A stretch of 60,833 bases of DNA, taken from the NCBI GenBank assembly GCA_001829455.1, contig MIBH01000062.1, positions 1-60,833 on the forward strand, read 5' to 3'. Below, one piece after another: positions 20,092 through 28,585 of the stretch (positions are counted from its first letter, which is position 1; each line of letters opens with the position of its first letter). The notes beneath the pieces are model-generated. The model worked only from the letters and a program-made list of their open reading frames with translations. It was not told where the DNA came from and did no database searches. Source of the stretch: Spirochaetes bacterium RBG_13_51_14. GTDB taxonomy: Bacteria > Spirochaetota > UBA4802 > UBA5550. Made by a program: the position numbers and the translations under genes.

Positions 20092-20207
20092 TATGCCATG
20101 ATGATAATCGATCTATAATTTTAGAAACCAGTTGAAAAAAAAATAGTTGAAAGATGATGCATATATTTAATGTATATCTCGATTCCCATTGGCAACGAGA
20201 GAGGAGT

Positions 20208-20750
20208 ATGAAATCAAGGAATTCAAGCATATGCGCGCTGCTGCCGCTGTTTTTCGCAGGGGCGCTGTCCTGCGCGACCATCGCTGACAAGCTGATAGAA
20301 ACCGAAAACCAGCGCTTTTTAAAAGATCCCTACACACGGGGTGAAGACCGTGAAACATTCAGGGTGCTCATCATGTCGGATAGATATGTTGTCGTGCAGA
20401 CGGACCACCAGGATACCATAGAGCGGCAGGACGACCCCGGCGGCGATCGGTATATCTGCGACGAGGTCAAACGATACGACAAGATCGATGAATCCCGGGA
20501 GGGAATGTACCATATCTCTTTGTTCCCCGACCGGGGAAAACTGAGGAGGCTGCGGCCGTACAAATCCCTGAACCTGATCGAGCTTGACAGCCTTGTCATC
20601 GACGACCTTCAGAGATGGAACTTCAAATTCCCCCGGCAGGTCATTCAGCCGAGCAACCTGTACATCAAGTACCGCGTCGTGCTCAGGAAAAAACAGACCG
20701 ACGAGCAGATAATTAAAGAGGTTCAGGAGAAAATGAAAGGCGACGAGTGA
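20208..20750 (+). CDS. Hypothetical lipoprotein
   Basis: ATG at 20208 is preceded by GAGAGGAG; lipobox FFAGALSC. Confidence 0.55.
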   Translation: MKSRNSSICALLPLFFAGALSCATIADKLIETENQRFLKDPYTRGEDRETFRVLIMSDRYVVVQTDHQDTIERQDDPGGDRYICDEVKRYDKIDESREGMYHISLFPDRGKLRRLRPYKSLNLIELDSLVIDDLQRWNFKFPRQVIQPSNLYIKYRVVLRKKQTDEQIIKEVQEKMKGDE

Positions 20751-20774
20751 TGCTGCGCTGGCACGGCATTTCGG

Positions 20775-23168
20775 TTACAGCGATGATGTATTGATTATAA
20801 GCCGCACTGCGTTCTCATCCATCATCAGCTTCCGTGAGATCTCATCCGATGTCCACCCCTTATCAGAGAGCTCCCGCACGGTACGGAGCACGTTTTCGTT
20901 AATGTTTTTTGGTGCCACGGCGCTTCCCTTCACCTGTTTCATGATCGGATTGTTGTGGTCGACCGCCTGGATGAAGTCCGCGAACTGGCGCATCTTTTTA
21001 TCGGTTTCGATGAAAAGCTCTTGCAGCCGGTTATCGGTGCTGGTGATCTCGTCACGGAGCGTCTCCACCTTGCTGAACATGGCCTGGATCTGCTTCACCC
21101 GCGCCTCCATGATTTCCGACAGGCCGTCCAGTTCGTTAAATTTATCCTTGATCTCCTTGATTTCACTCTCGCGGGTCTTGAGGATGAGGTAGTTCTCCTC
21201 CGCTCCGCGCAGCTGCAGATTGATCTTGTCAACCCTCTTTTCCGAGCGATCCACGACCTTCTGGAATGTATTGATTTTTCCTTCAACCGCCTGGATCAGG
21301 ATGTCGGCCTTGTTCACGGAATCGAGATTGTGCGCTATGACGTCCTCGTATTCATGCAGCTCCCTGATTCTCGATTCAAGGCCGCTGTAGCTTCCCATCA
21401 GCGCGTCGATGCGTGAGCTCACGGTATCGATCTTTGCGAACTGATCCTGGAAGCCTGCCGTCTTCTCCGTGGCGAGATCGTTCATTTCCTGTAGGGTCCG
21501 TATCTCGGATTCGATGTCGGTTAGTTTTTCCTTCCGGTTCTGGTACGACCGGATCTCCCGGTCGAATTCCTTGGCCAGTTCCTTGATATAATCGATGTCG
21601 GCAAGGAATTTTTCAAGGTGCTGCGCTTCTTTCTGGGAGTCCTGGAGCATTCGGTTAAGCTGTTCAATTGAATCGCTCACATCGCGCATCATCGTCTCGG
21701 TTCTCGAGAAGATCTTGCTCTGTTCCTCGTAATTCAGGACTTCAGACTTGATATCGGAGAGGCGCCGGTCCATGGCCGAGAATTCATCCTTGGCTTTACC
21801 CAGGACGTCAGTCTTGATATCGGAGAGGCGCCGGTCCATGGCCGAGAATTCATCCTTGGCTTTATCCAGGACGTCAGTCTTGATATCGGAGAGGCGCTGA
21901 TCCATGACCGAGAATTCATCCCTGGCTCTCTGCGTCTGCGCTGTGATACTGTCTTCAAACTGCTCCCTGTTCTTCCGGATTTCCTCGTTCTTGGATTCGG
22001 CCAGATCCATGAGCCGCGTTTCAAATTCCATGAACCGGGATTCGAAGTCTTCGATATCCTTCTTGACTCCCTCTGCTTCGCGCCGCGAAGCCTGGACGAT
22101 TTCATCACGTTTGGTAATGGCGTGGATGCTCAGGTTGTCAAGTTCGTTCCGCACCTTGTCGACCTCGATCTCGAATGTCTTGACCAGTTTCGATTTTGAC
22201 TCGTTTACGTTCGCTTCAACGGTGTTGAGCTTGTGATAGAGCTTGTCGATATCATTCTGGAACCGGGACAGGAGATCGCCTTTCTTTTCGTCGAACTCGG
22301 AATCATACTGTTGCAGCTTTTCATAGAGAGTGTCGATGGATTTGTTTATGCCGCTTTCGATTTCGGAGCTTCGCTCCTTGATTTCGGAAAAAATTCTGCT
22401 CTCGAGATCGGCGGAATTGATTTTCATCATTTCAATCTGGTTATTCAGATTGGCCGCGCCCTCGACGGACTTGGCGACGCCATCAATTTTCATTTTGAAA
22501 TTCTGCAATAATATCTCGCCGGTGTCGGTTACGCGCTGGTCCATATCGGACAGCGATCGCTCGAAGGTTTCGGTTAAATCGATGATCTTCTGTCGGCTGT
22601 TATTGATGAGAATGTCATCCTTGTTCTCGATCGACTCCCGAAGCCGGCTGACCTGATCGGTGAATTCGGCCATTATTTCACGCGACTTTTCCTTTAGGCG
22701 GTTATTGAAGTTTTGCAGAATTTCGGCGCTTTCATTCTTAAGCGATTTGATGGATTCTTTTACATAGGAGATATTATGTGACAATTCAGCGAAGCTGTCT
22801 TTTGAACCGGCGATGAATTCTATCTGCTTGTTTACATCGCGGGCCGACTGGGATATCACCCTGATATCGTCTTCAACCTTCATAAGATTGGTCTTCTCGA
22901 TATCAAGTCCCTGGAGTTTTGCTTCGATATCCCTGACCGAGGTGTTGATGTTTTTCGCCAGTGCGTTCGATTTTTTTATCAGAATGTCCATTTCGATTGT
23001 GGCGTCGCTGAAGCGGCGGTTTTCGGTTTCCGCGAGTTTTTTAAATTCGTCAAACAGCCGTGACGAATATCTTCTCAGTTTGGCCATCTTCATGTTGGTA
23101 CGGTCCAGCTTTCTGAAAAGGATGAGCATCACAAGGCAGACCACACAGGTTATGATGTTAACAATCAT
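20775..23168 (-). CDS. Membrane-anchored long coiled-coil protein with internal 22-aa tandem repeat and C-terminal HTH-like segment
   Basis: N-terminal TM helix (MIVNIITCVVCLVMLILF) followed by ~750 aa of heptad-like E/K/L/D/I-rich sequence. ATG at 23168 has a GGGGGAG SD; ORF-track start 23246 is TTG. Confidence 0.7.
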   Translation of the reverse strand: MIVNIITCVVCLVMLILFRKLDRTNMKMAKLRRYSSRLFDEFKKLAETENRRFSDATIEMDILIKKSNALAKNINTSVRDIEAKLQGLDIEKTNLMKVEDDIRVISQSARDVNKQIEFIAGSKDSFAELSHNISYVKESIKSLKNESAEILQNFNNRLKEKSREIMAEFTDQVSRLRESIENKDDILINNSRQKIIDLTETFERSLSDMDQRVTDTGEILLQNFKMKIDGVAKSVEGAANLNNQIEMMKINSADLESRIFSEIKERSSEIESGINKSIDTLYEKLQQYDSEFDEKKGDLLSRFQNDIDKLYHKLNTVEANVNESKSKLVKTFEIEVDKVRNELDNLSIHAITKRDEIVQASRREAEGVKKDIEDFESRFMEFETRLMDLAESKNEEIRKNREQFEDSITAQTQRARDEFSVMDQRLSDIKTDVLDKAKDEFSAMDRRLSDIKTDVLGKAKDEFSAMDRRLSDIKSEVLNYEEQSKIFSRTETMMRDVSDSIEQLNRMLQDSQKEAQHLEKFLADIDYIKELAKEFDREIRSYQNRKEKLTDIESEIRTLQEMNDLATEKTAGFQDQFAKIDTVSSRIDALMGSYSGLESRIRELHEYEDVIAHNLDSVNKADILIQAVEGKINTFQKVVDRSEKRVDKINLQLRGAEENYLILKTRESEIKEIKDKFNELDGLSEIMEARVKQIQAMFSKVETLRDEITSTDNRLQELFIETDKKMRQFADFIQAVDHNNPIMKQVKGSAVAPKNINENVLRTVRELSDKGWTSDEISRKLMMDENAVRLIINTSSL
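21735..21927 (-). repeat. 66-bp tandem repeat, ~2.9 copies, in frame within the coiled-coil gene
   Basis: CTTGATATCGGAGAGGCG recurs at 21747, 21813 and 21879 (period 66). It encodes DEFS(V/A)MD(Q/R)RLSDIKTDVL(D/G)KAK x3. Copies 1 and 2 differ at only a few bases. Confidence 0.9.
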
Positions 23169-23368
23169 GACACAAACTCCCCCGTATAATACGGAAACTT
23201 CATAGAATATTTTCACGATGTTTCCGTTTGGGCACCCATTCGGCAAACCGCTTTAATATCGAAATGAAAACAGCGGTTTTCAGGCATGCCCATGAAACAT
23301 GTATGTGCTATATAAAAAAATATACACTGTTATTTATTTGTCAATCCAAATTTTATGTCACATTAGGA

Positions 23369-23484
23369 GGGGGGCGGTTGTAAATTATTTTTCAGTAAAT
23401 TCCTGACCAAGACCCCCCCCTTATCCTCGCAGGGAGCGCCAGTGAGACTAATGTAATTATGTAAAAAACGCCCTCTGAGGGGAT
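23369..23484. repeat. G6...C8 and CCCTCTGAGGGG hairpin-containing intergenic element (possible relative of the 33863/59711 family)
   Basis: G6 (23369-23374) can pair with C8 (23413-23420). CGCCCTCTGAGGGGAT (23469-23484) resembles GTCCCCCTCTGGGGGAT of copy 59784-59800. Confidence 0.35.
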
Positions 23485-23682
23485 TTAGGTGGTCTTTAAA
23501 AATGCGGGTGAATCAGTTTTATCAAGAATTTAATTAATCCTCCTGAGTACGAGGCATGTTTTTAATTAATTTTTATTGACAAAAAAAGATTCCTTTTCAA
23601 ATAGTACTTTCACTACTTTCTGCCCACATCTATTGATTTAAACAGGAATATTACTGATGTTTATATATTTGAGGTGATTCAC

Positions 23683-23841
23683 ATGAAGAGGACATTACAA
23701 CCGAGCACGGGAAAAAGGTACAAGAAACACGGATTTCGGTCAAGGATGAGTACCGCCGTGGGAAGAGAAGTCTTAAGCAGGAGAAGAAGAAAAGGGAGGC
23801 ATAAACTTACAGTATCCGACGAACGGAGATTGCCCAAATAA
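23683..23841 (+). CDS. rpmH: 50S ribosomal protein L34
   Basis: Below the ORF-track size cutoff. [52 protein letters not shown]; GAGGTG SD 7 nt upstream; followed by rnpA. Confidence 0.9.
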   Translation: MKRTLQPSTGKRYKKHGFRSRMSTAVGREVLSRRRRKGRHKLTVSDERRLPK

Positions 23842-23849
23842 TTGTTATC

Positions 23850-24257
23850 GTGAAAACCATACAATCTTTAAAAGGAAGGAATTTATTTAAGGAAGTTTAC
23901 CAACGGGGCAGGAAAATAGAGGATACGGGTATTCGGGTATTTATTCTCAAAAGCAGCAGAAGCAAGTATGTGAAACCTGATAACAGCCCAGACACATCAA
24001 ACAGATCAAAGAACATTAGAATCGGAATTGCACTGACGAAATCTTTTGGAAAAGCATACATCCGGAACAAGGCGAAAAGAAGGATTCGCGCGATTTACTC
24101 TGAGCTATCGAATGAATTAAGGGAAGGGTTTTGCATAATCATCAGGATAGATAGTGATTTTAAGAATCTGATGCACCAGGAAGAAAAACGGATTATCAGA
24201 TCACTATTCGAAAGAGCGGGATTGTTGAACGGTGATGCGCATACATCAATACAGTAG
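23850..24257 (+). CDS. rnpA: Ribonuclease P protein component
   Basis: Basic ~135-aa protein directly after rpmH (GTG start); conserved rpmH-rnpA synteny. Confidence 0.8.
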   Translation: MKTIQSLKGRNLFKEVYQRGRKIEDTGIRVFILKSSRSKYVKPDNSPDTSNRSKNIRIGIALTKSFGKAYIRNKAKRRIRAIYSELSNELREGFCIIIRIDSDFKNLMHQEEKRIIRSLFERAGLLNGDAHTSIQ

Positions 24258-24504
24258 CAGAATTATTAAATTATGCACAAACCTCATCATACTTATTATT
24301 AAAGTCTATCGCGTCTTATTATCCCCGATATTGCCCCCGTCCTGCAGATTCTACCCTTCGTGCTCTGCATATGCAATTGATGCATTGCACAAACACGGCG
24401 CCATCAAAGGCTCCTACCTGGCGGCCCGGAGAATCCTTCGGTGTCACCCGTTCAATGAGGGAGGCTTTGATCCCGTTCCCGACACGTTCCGCTTCCTTAA
24501 ATAG
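24232..24504 (+). CDS. yidD: Membrane protein insertion efficiency factor YidD
   Basis: [46 protein letters not shown]; overlaps the rnpA end by 26 nt. Confidence 0.85.
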   Translation: MMRIHQYSSRIIKLCTNLIILIIKVYRVLLSPILPPSCRFYPSCSAYAIDALHKHGAIKGSYLAARRILRCHPFNEGGFDPVPDTFRFLK

Positions 24505-24615
24505 TCGTTCCTTCAATTAAAGAAAACAATCCGTCTCGCACGGATAGCCGTAAGACCCAGATTCAGCAATGTTTGTGGGCCTGCATTTAACAGAAAACCG
24601 CAAAGGAAATGAAGC

Positions 24616-26271
24616 ATGGAAAAGAAAAGTCTAATCGCAATCGTTTTAATTGCCGCACTCTGGGTGGCGTATTTTATCGTGTTCAAGCCGGAATCGCCGG
24701 TTAAGAAACCTGTCGAGAAGAAGTCCGATGCGATTCAAAAAGAAGGGGGAGCGATACGGAAAGAACAGGCGTCGGTCCGAATTGAAGCGATCTCTGCGGG
24801 CGGCGCTGAAAAGCAGATTTCCGTGAAAACGAAAAAGTTCTCGGTAACATTATCGAACAAGGGCGCCGTGATAACCGGCTGTAAATATCTGGAAAGAAAT
24901 ATAGAACTCGTCGTGAAGAAGAACTCGTTCAACGCCAGCGGCGTCCTGAATTTCGGGGTACACTTTGATGACGATGAATTTATAAACGGTAATTCCCTCG
25001 ATACTGCACTATGGACGCACCGGCAGGAGGGCGGCCGGCTGACTTTTTATACCGACATTCAGATAAATGGCGTTCCGGTGAGAATTGAAAAAATATACCT
25101 GTTCCCTGATGACGGGTATGGGTTCAGGGTGGAATACCGGTTTAAAAATTATGGAATGCGTACGATTTCTTTCAAAGACAGCGCGGCTATCGTTTCCCCG
25201 GGCGACATACTGGGACCGTCTCTTGATTACAATAATACGTACAACCGGTTGATGAGCGTCTATTCCATCAACGGCAGCTTCAAGAAAGCGGACAAGGGGG
25301 GGGGCGGATTTCTGCTGGGATGCGGATCGTCTTCAAATGGAGATCCCTTGAAAAAGGAAACCGGGTCGATAACCTGGGCAGGGATTATGAGCCGCTACTT
25401 CCTCGTCATCATGATACCGCAGGAAGCGGTCGGGAAGGGGGTGGTTCATGACAACCGAAAACAGGCGGGATTCCGTACCGGCCTGTACGTATCAATGGAA
25501 AACCTGGAACCGGGGAAGGAAATAAAGAAGTCATTTAAGGTTTATCTGGGCGAAAAAGACAAGAAGAAACTCACGTCGGTGGACGCGTCTATCATCGACG
25601 CCGCTGACGTGAACAGGCTCATTGAGCCGATACGGAATTTCGTGATATGGTGCCTGCTCACCGTTAACAGACTGGTCGGGAACCTGGGATGGGCCCTGGT
25701 GCTCTTCTCGCTCTTGACCAAGGTTGTGTTCATGCCGCTCACCATAAAATCGACCGAGTCAATGAAAAAAATGCAGCAGCTGACGCCAAAACTGAATGAG
25801 ATTAAGGCAAAATACAAGGACAAGCCCGATATCATTCAGAAGGAGATGATGAAATTATATCGGGAAAACAAAGTGAATCCCATGGGGGGCTGCTTCCCGC
25901 TTCTTCTGCAGATGCCGTTTTTCTTCGCGCTGTACAGCGCCCTGATTGATTCGATAGACCTGTGGCGCGCGCCCTTCATATTCTGGATGAAAGACCTGTC
26001 GATGCCCGACACCGTGGCGACGGTCATGGGGTACAACCTTAATATTTTGCCCATCATCATGACGGCATCGACCTTTTTACAGCAGAAATTGTCCACGGTG
26101 GATACCGGAGGACAGCAGAAGATGCTCATGATGATGATGCCGGTCATGTTTATCTTTATATTCTGGAGCATGCCGTCGGGCCTCGTTCTTTACTGGGCGC
26201 TGCAGAATTTGTTCCAGATCATCCATCAGTTGTTTATAAATTACCGGTCCAAGAAAGAAAAGGCAGGCTGA
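24616..26271 (+). CDS. yidC: Membrane protein insertase YidC (long form with periplasmic P1 domain)
   Basis: N-terminal TM, large periplasmic domain, and C-terminal core ...MKKMQQLTPKLNEIKAKYKDKP...NPMGGCFPLLLQMPFFFALY. Confidence 0.9.
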   Translation: MEKKSLIAIVLIAALWVAYFIVFKPESPVKKPVEKKSDAIQKEGGAIRKEQASVRIEAISAGGAEKQISVKTKKFSVTLSNKGAVITGCKYLERNIELVVKKNSFNASGVLNFGVHFDDDEFINGNSLDTALWTHRQEGGRLTFYTDIQINGVPVRIEKIYLFPDDGYGFRVEYRFKNYGMRTISFKDSAAIVSPGDILGPSLDYNNTYNRLMSVYSINGSFKKADKGGGGFLLGCGSSSNGDPLKKETGSITWAGIMSRYFLVIMIPQEAVGKGVVHDNRKQAGFRTGLYVSMENLEPGKEIKKSFKVYLGEKDKKKLTSVDASIIDAADVNRLIEPIRNFVIWCLLTVNRLVGNLGWALVLFSLLTKVVFMPLTIKSTESMKKMQQLTPKLNEIKAKYKDKPDIIQKEMMKLYRENKVNPMGGCFPLLLQMPFFFALYSALIDSIDLWRAPFIFWMKDLSMPDTVATVMGYNLNILPIIMTASTFLQQKLSTVDTGGQQKMLMMMMPVMFIFIFWSMPSGLVLYWALQNLFQIIHQLFINYRSKKEKAG

Positions 26272-26380
26272 TGCAATGCGGCTTCCCCGGAGCGTACGGG
26301 GAAGGGGAATATCACGGAGCAGGAAAATTTTATTGTAACGGGGAATTATATATTGTTCTTATTAAATGAGGAGGCCTCGT

Positions 26381-27019
26381 ATGAAGGTTATAGAGGTGGA
26401 AGGAAGAACCGTTGATGATGCAACAAAAAAAGCGATAGCCGAACTTGGCATAACCGATACCGCGAAGGTAAACATAGAAGTCATCGACGGGGGGAAGAGC
26501 GGCATCTTCGGCTTCGGGGTGTCGCGGCCTGCTAAAATCAGACTGTATTACCATATTGATACGAAAGATATCGGCGACACCATCAGGGATATCATCGTCA
26601 ATATATTTAAAAGAATGGAGATCGATTGCGCGATAGCGGATATTAAAGAAGGCGAATCCAAGGTCTATGTCGAGCTCGAAAGCAAGAAAAGTTCGGGCCT
26701 GGTCATCGGCAGGAAAGGCAAAACACTGGAAGCGCTTCAGTTTATGCTGAATCTCATCGTGAACTATAAAACCGGAAGCGATAAAAAGATTATCCTTGAT
26801 ATTGAATCGTACCGGGCCAAACGGGAGCGGGCGCTCCGAAAAATGTCCAAGGACATCGCCTTCAAAGTCGTCAAGTCGGGAAAACCCTGGACCCTGGAGC
26901 CGATGAATCCCTTCGAACGAAGACTGATTCACTTAACGCTCCAGAACGATTCACGGGTGACCACCAAAAGCGAGGGACAGGGCATATACCGGAAAGTGAC
27001 GATTATACCAAAGCAGTAG
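26381..27019 (+). CDS. jag: Jag/KhpB RNA-binding protein (KH + R3H domains)
   Basis: R3H motif NPFERRLIHLTLQND. ATG at 26381 is preceded by AGGAGG; the ORF-track start at 26366 overlaps that SD. Confidence 0.85.
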   Translation: MKVIEVEGRTVDDATKKAIAELGITDTAKVNIEVIDGGKSGIFGFGVSRPAKIRLYYHIDTKDIGDTIRDIIVNIFKRMEIDCAIADIKEGESKVYVELESKKSSGLVIGRKGKTLEALQFMLNLIVNYKTGSDKKIILDIESYRAKRERALRKMSKDIAFKVVKSGKPWTLEPMNPFERRLIHLTLQNDSRVTTKSEGQGIYRKVTIIPKQ

Positions 27020-27028
27020 CACGGGCGT

Positions 27029-28384
27029 ATGTTAGACGAGACCATCTGCGCACCCTCTACCCCGCCGGTCAATTCTCCGATAGCGATAATCAGAATCAGT
27101 GGCTCTGACACGTACCGGGCCATTAGTTCTTTATTCAGGACGTCCGGGGAATTAAAGCCGCGGCACGCCCATTACGGGACGCTCGCCGACCATAACGGTC
27201 CGGTGGACGACGCCGTGGTGATCTATTACCGGTCGCCGCAGAGCTACACCGGGGAGGACATGGCCGAAATTTTATGCCACGGTAACCCGATCATCGTGCG
27301 GAAGATCCTCATACTCCTGAATAACCGGGGCGTGCGGATGGCTGAGCCGGGGGAATTCACCAAGCGCGCCTTTCTGAACGGAAAAGTTGATCTTACTGAA
27401 GCCGAGGCCATCAATCATATCATCACCGCGAAAAGCGAATGGGAGATTGAAACATCGCTCCGGCAGATGCATGGGTCCCTCAGAAGCATCATCCAGGACA
27501 TCAGGCGCCGCATCATAGAACTAATGGCGGATATCGAAGCGGGGATAGATTTTTCTGATGAAGAGATTGATGTCATCTCGCCTGAGGCGGCTCTCACGGC
27601 CGTCGAACGCATACGGGCTTCAATCGAGGACCTGATGAACAGATGCAAAACAGGCGAACGGTTGAGTCACGGAATTGACGTCGCCATCACCGGCAAACCG
27701 AACGTCGGTAAATCGAGCATTCTCAACCTGCTCCTGAACCAGGAACGGGCGATAGTATCCAGCATACCCGGAACCACCAGAGACATTATACGCGAACCGC
27801 TTCAGATAGGCGGCATGTACGTTAACCTGATCGATACGGCCGGGATCGATACCCCGGGCGACGAGCTGGAGAGAATCGGGATTGATTTGAGCCACCGGAA
27901 GATCGAGTCGTCGCATTTCATCATTGTGGTTCTTGATGCGTCGGTCGGAATGAGCGGAGCTGACCGGACCATCCTTGGAAAGACGGAGAACAAGAAACGA
28001 GTCATACTCATCAACAAAATTGATATTGCGCGCCCCGGGGACATTGCCGGCATGCAGAGCGCACTCCCAGAAGAAGCGATACTTTTTTCAGCGGTGACCG
28101 GGGAGGGCATGCAGAATCTGAAAGATACGGTATCGCGTCGACTGAAAGTCGAATTCGTCGAAATGGAAAACTCATTTATCGCCGATATGCGGATAATATC
28201 CCTCCTTGAACAGTCGGTTGAAATTGTCAAACGGACGGCAGGTCTCATCATCGGCCGGGAGCCGGGTGAAATCATATCGTTTGAACTGCGGGCGCTCATT
28301 GATGTTCTCTCGGAGATTACAGGCGAAATCACGCCCGAACATATTCTGGACTCTGTATTCAATAGGTTTTGCATCGGCAAATAG
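27029..28384 (+). CDS. mnmE: tRNA modification GTPase MnmE
   Basis: G1 GKPNVGKSSILN, G3 DTAGI and the C-terminal FCIGK motif. Confidence 0.92.
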   Translation: MLDETICAPSTPPVNSPIAIIRISGSDTYRAISSLFRTSGELKPRHAHYGTLADHNGPVDDAVVIYYRSPQSYTGEDMAEILCHGNPIIVRKILILLNNRGVRMAEPGEFTKRAFLNGKVDLTEAEAINHIITAKSEWEIETSLRQMHGSLRSIIQDIRRRIIELMADIEAGIDFSDEEIDVISPEAALTAVERIRASIEDLMNRCKTGERLSHGIDVAITGKPNVGKSSILNLLLNQERAIVSSIPGTTRDIIREPLQIGGMYVNLIDTAGIDTPGDELERIGIDLSHRKIESSHFIIVVLDASVGMSGADRTILGKTENKKRVILINKIDIARPGDIAGMQSALPEEAILFSAVTGEGMQNLKDTVSRRLKVEFVEMENSFIADMRIISLLEQSVEIVKRTAGLIIGREPGEIISFELRALIDVLSEITGEITPEHILDSVFNRFCIGK

Positions 28385-28520
28385 CTTCGTAATCACCCTC
28401 ATAACTTTATTGATATTAAAATTGACAACAAGAAATGATGCCAGGCTGCCATACATGAAAAGCGATGCAAAGAAATTTTGACTGCCGGTAAAATTTTATT
28501 ACATTATTAATACAATATCA

Positions 28521-28549
28521 TTGACATTTTTCGCTGCGGAGAGATTAAT
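28521..28549 (+). promoter_or_regulatory. Candidate sigma70-type promoter for the 599-aa orphan gene
   Basis: TTGACA (28521-28526), a 17-nt spacer, then ATTAAT (28544-28549), 37 nt upstream of the ATG at 28586. Confidence 0.4.
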
Positions 28550-28585
28550 ATTGTTTATCAACCACGTCGGTAGCGATCGGTTTTT

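Noticed and set aside
23247-23682. Possible oriC in the 436-bp AT-rich region upstream of rpmH
   Set aside because: The rpmH/rnpA region is often near dnaA/oriC, but dnaA is not present. I find only weak DnaA-box-like 9-mers (best TTATCAAGA, 7/9) and no cluster of boxes or obvious AT-rich 13-mer repeats.
26330-26932. 200-aa ORF antisense to jag
   Set aside because: The jag frame carries KH/R3H motifs and sits in conserved synteny. The antisense ORF has no start context or motif.
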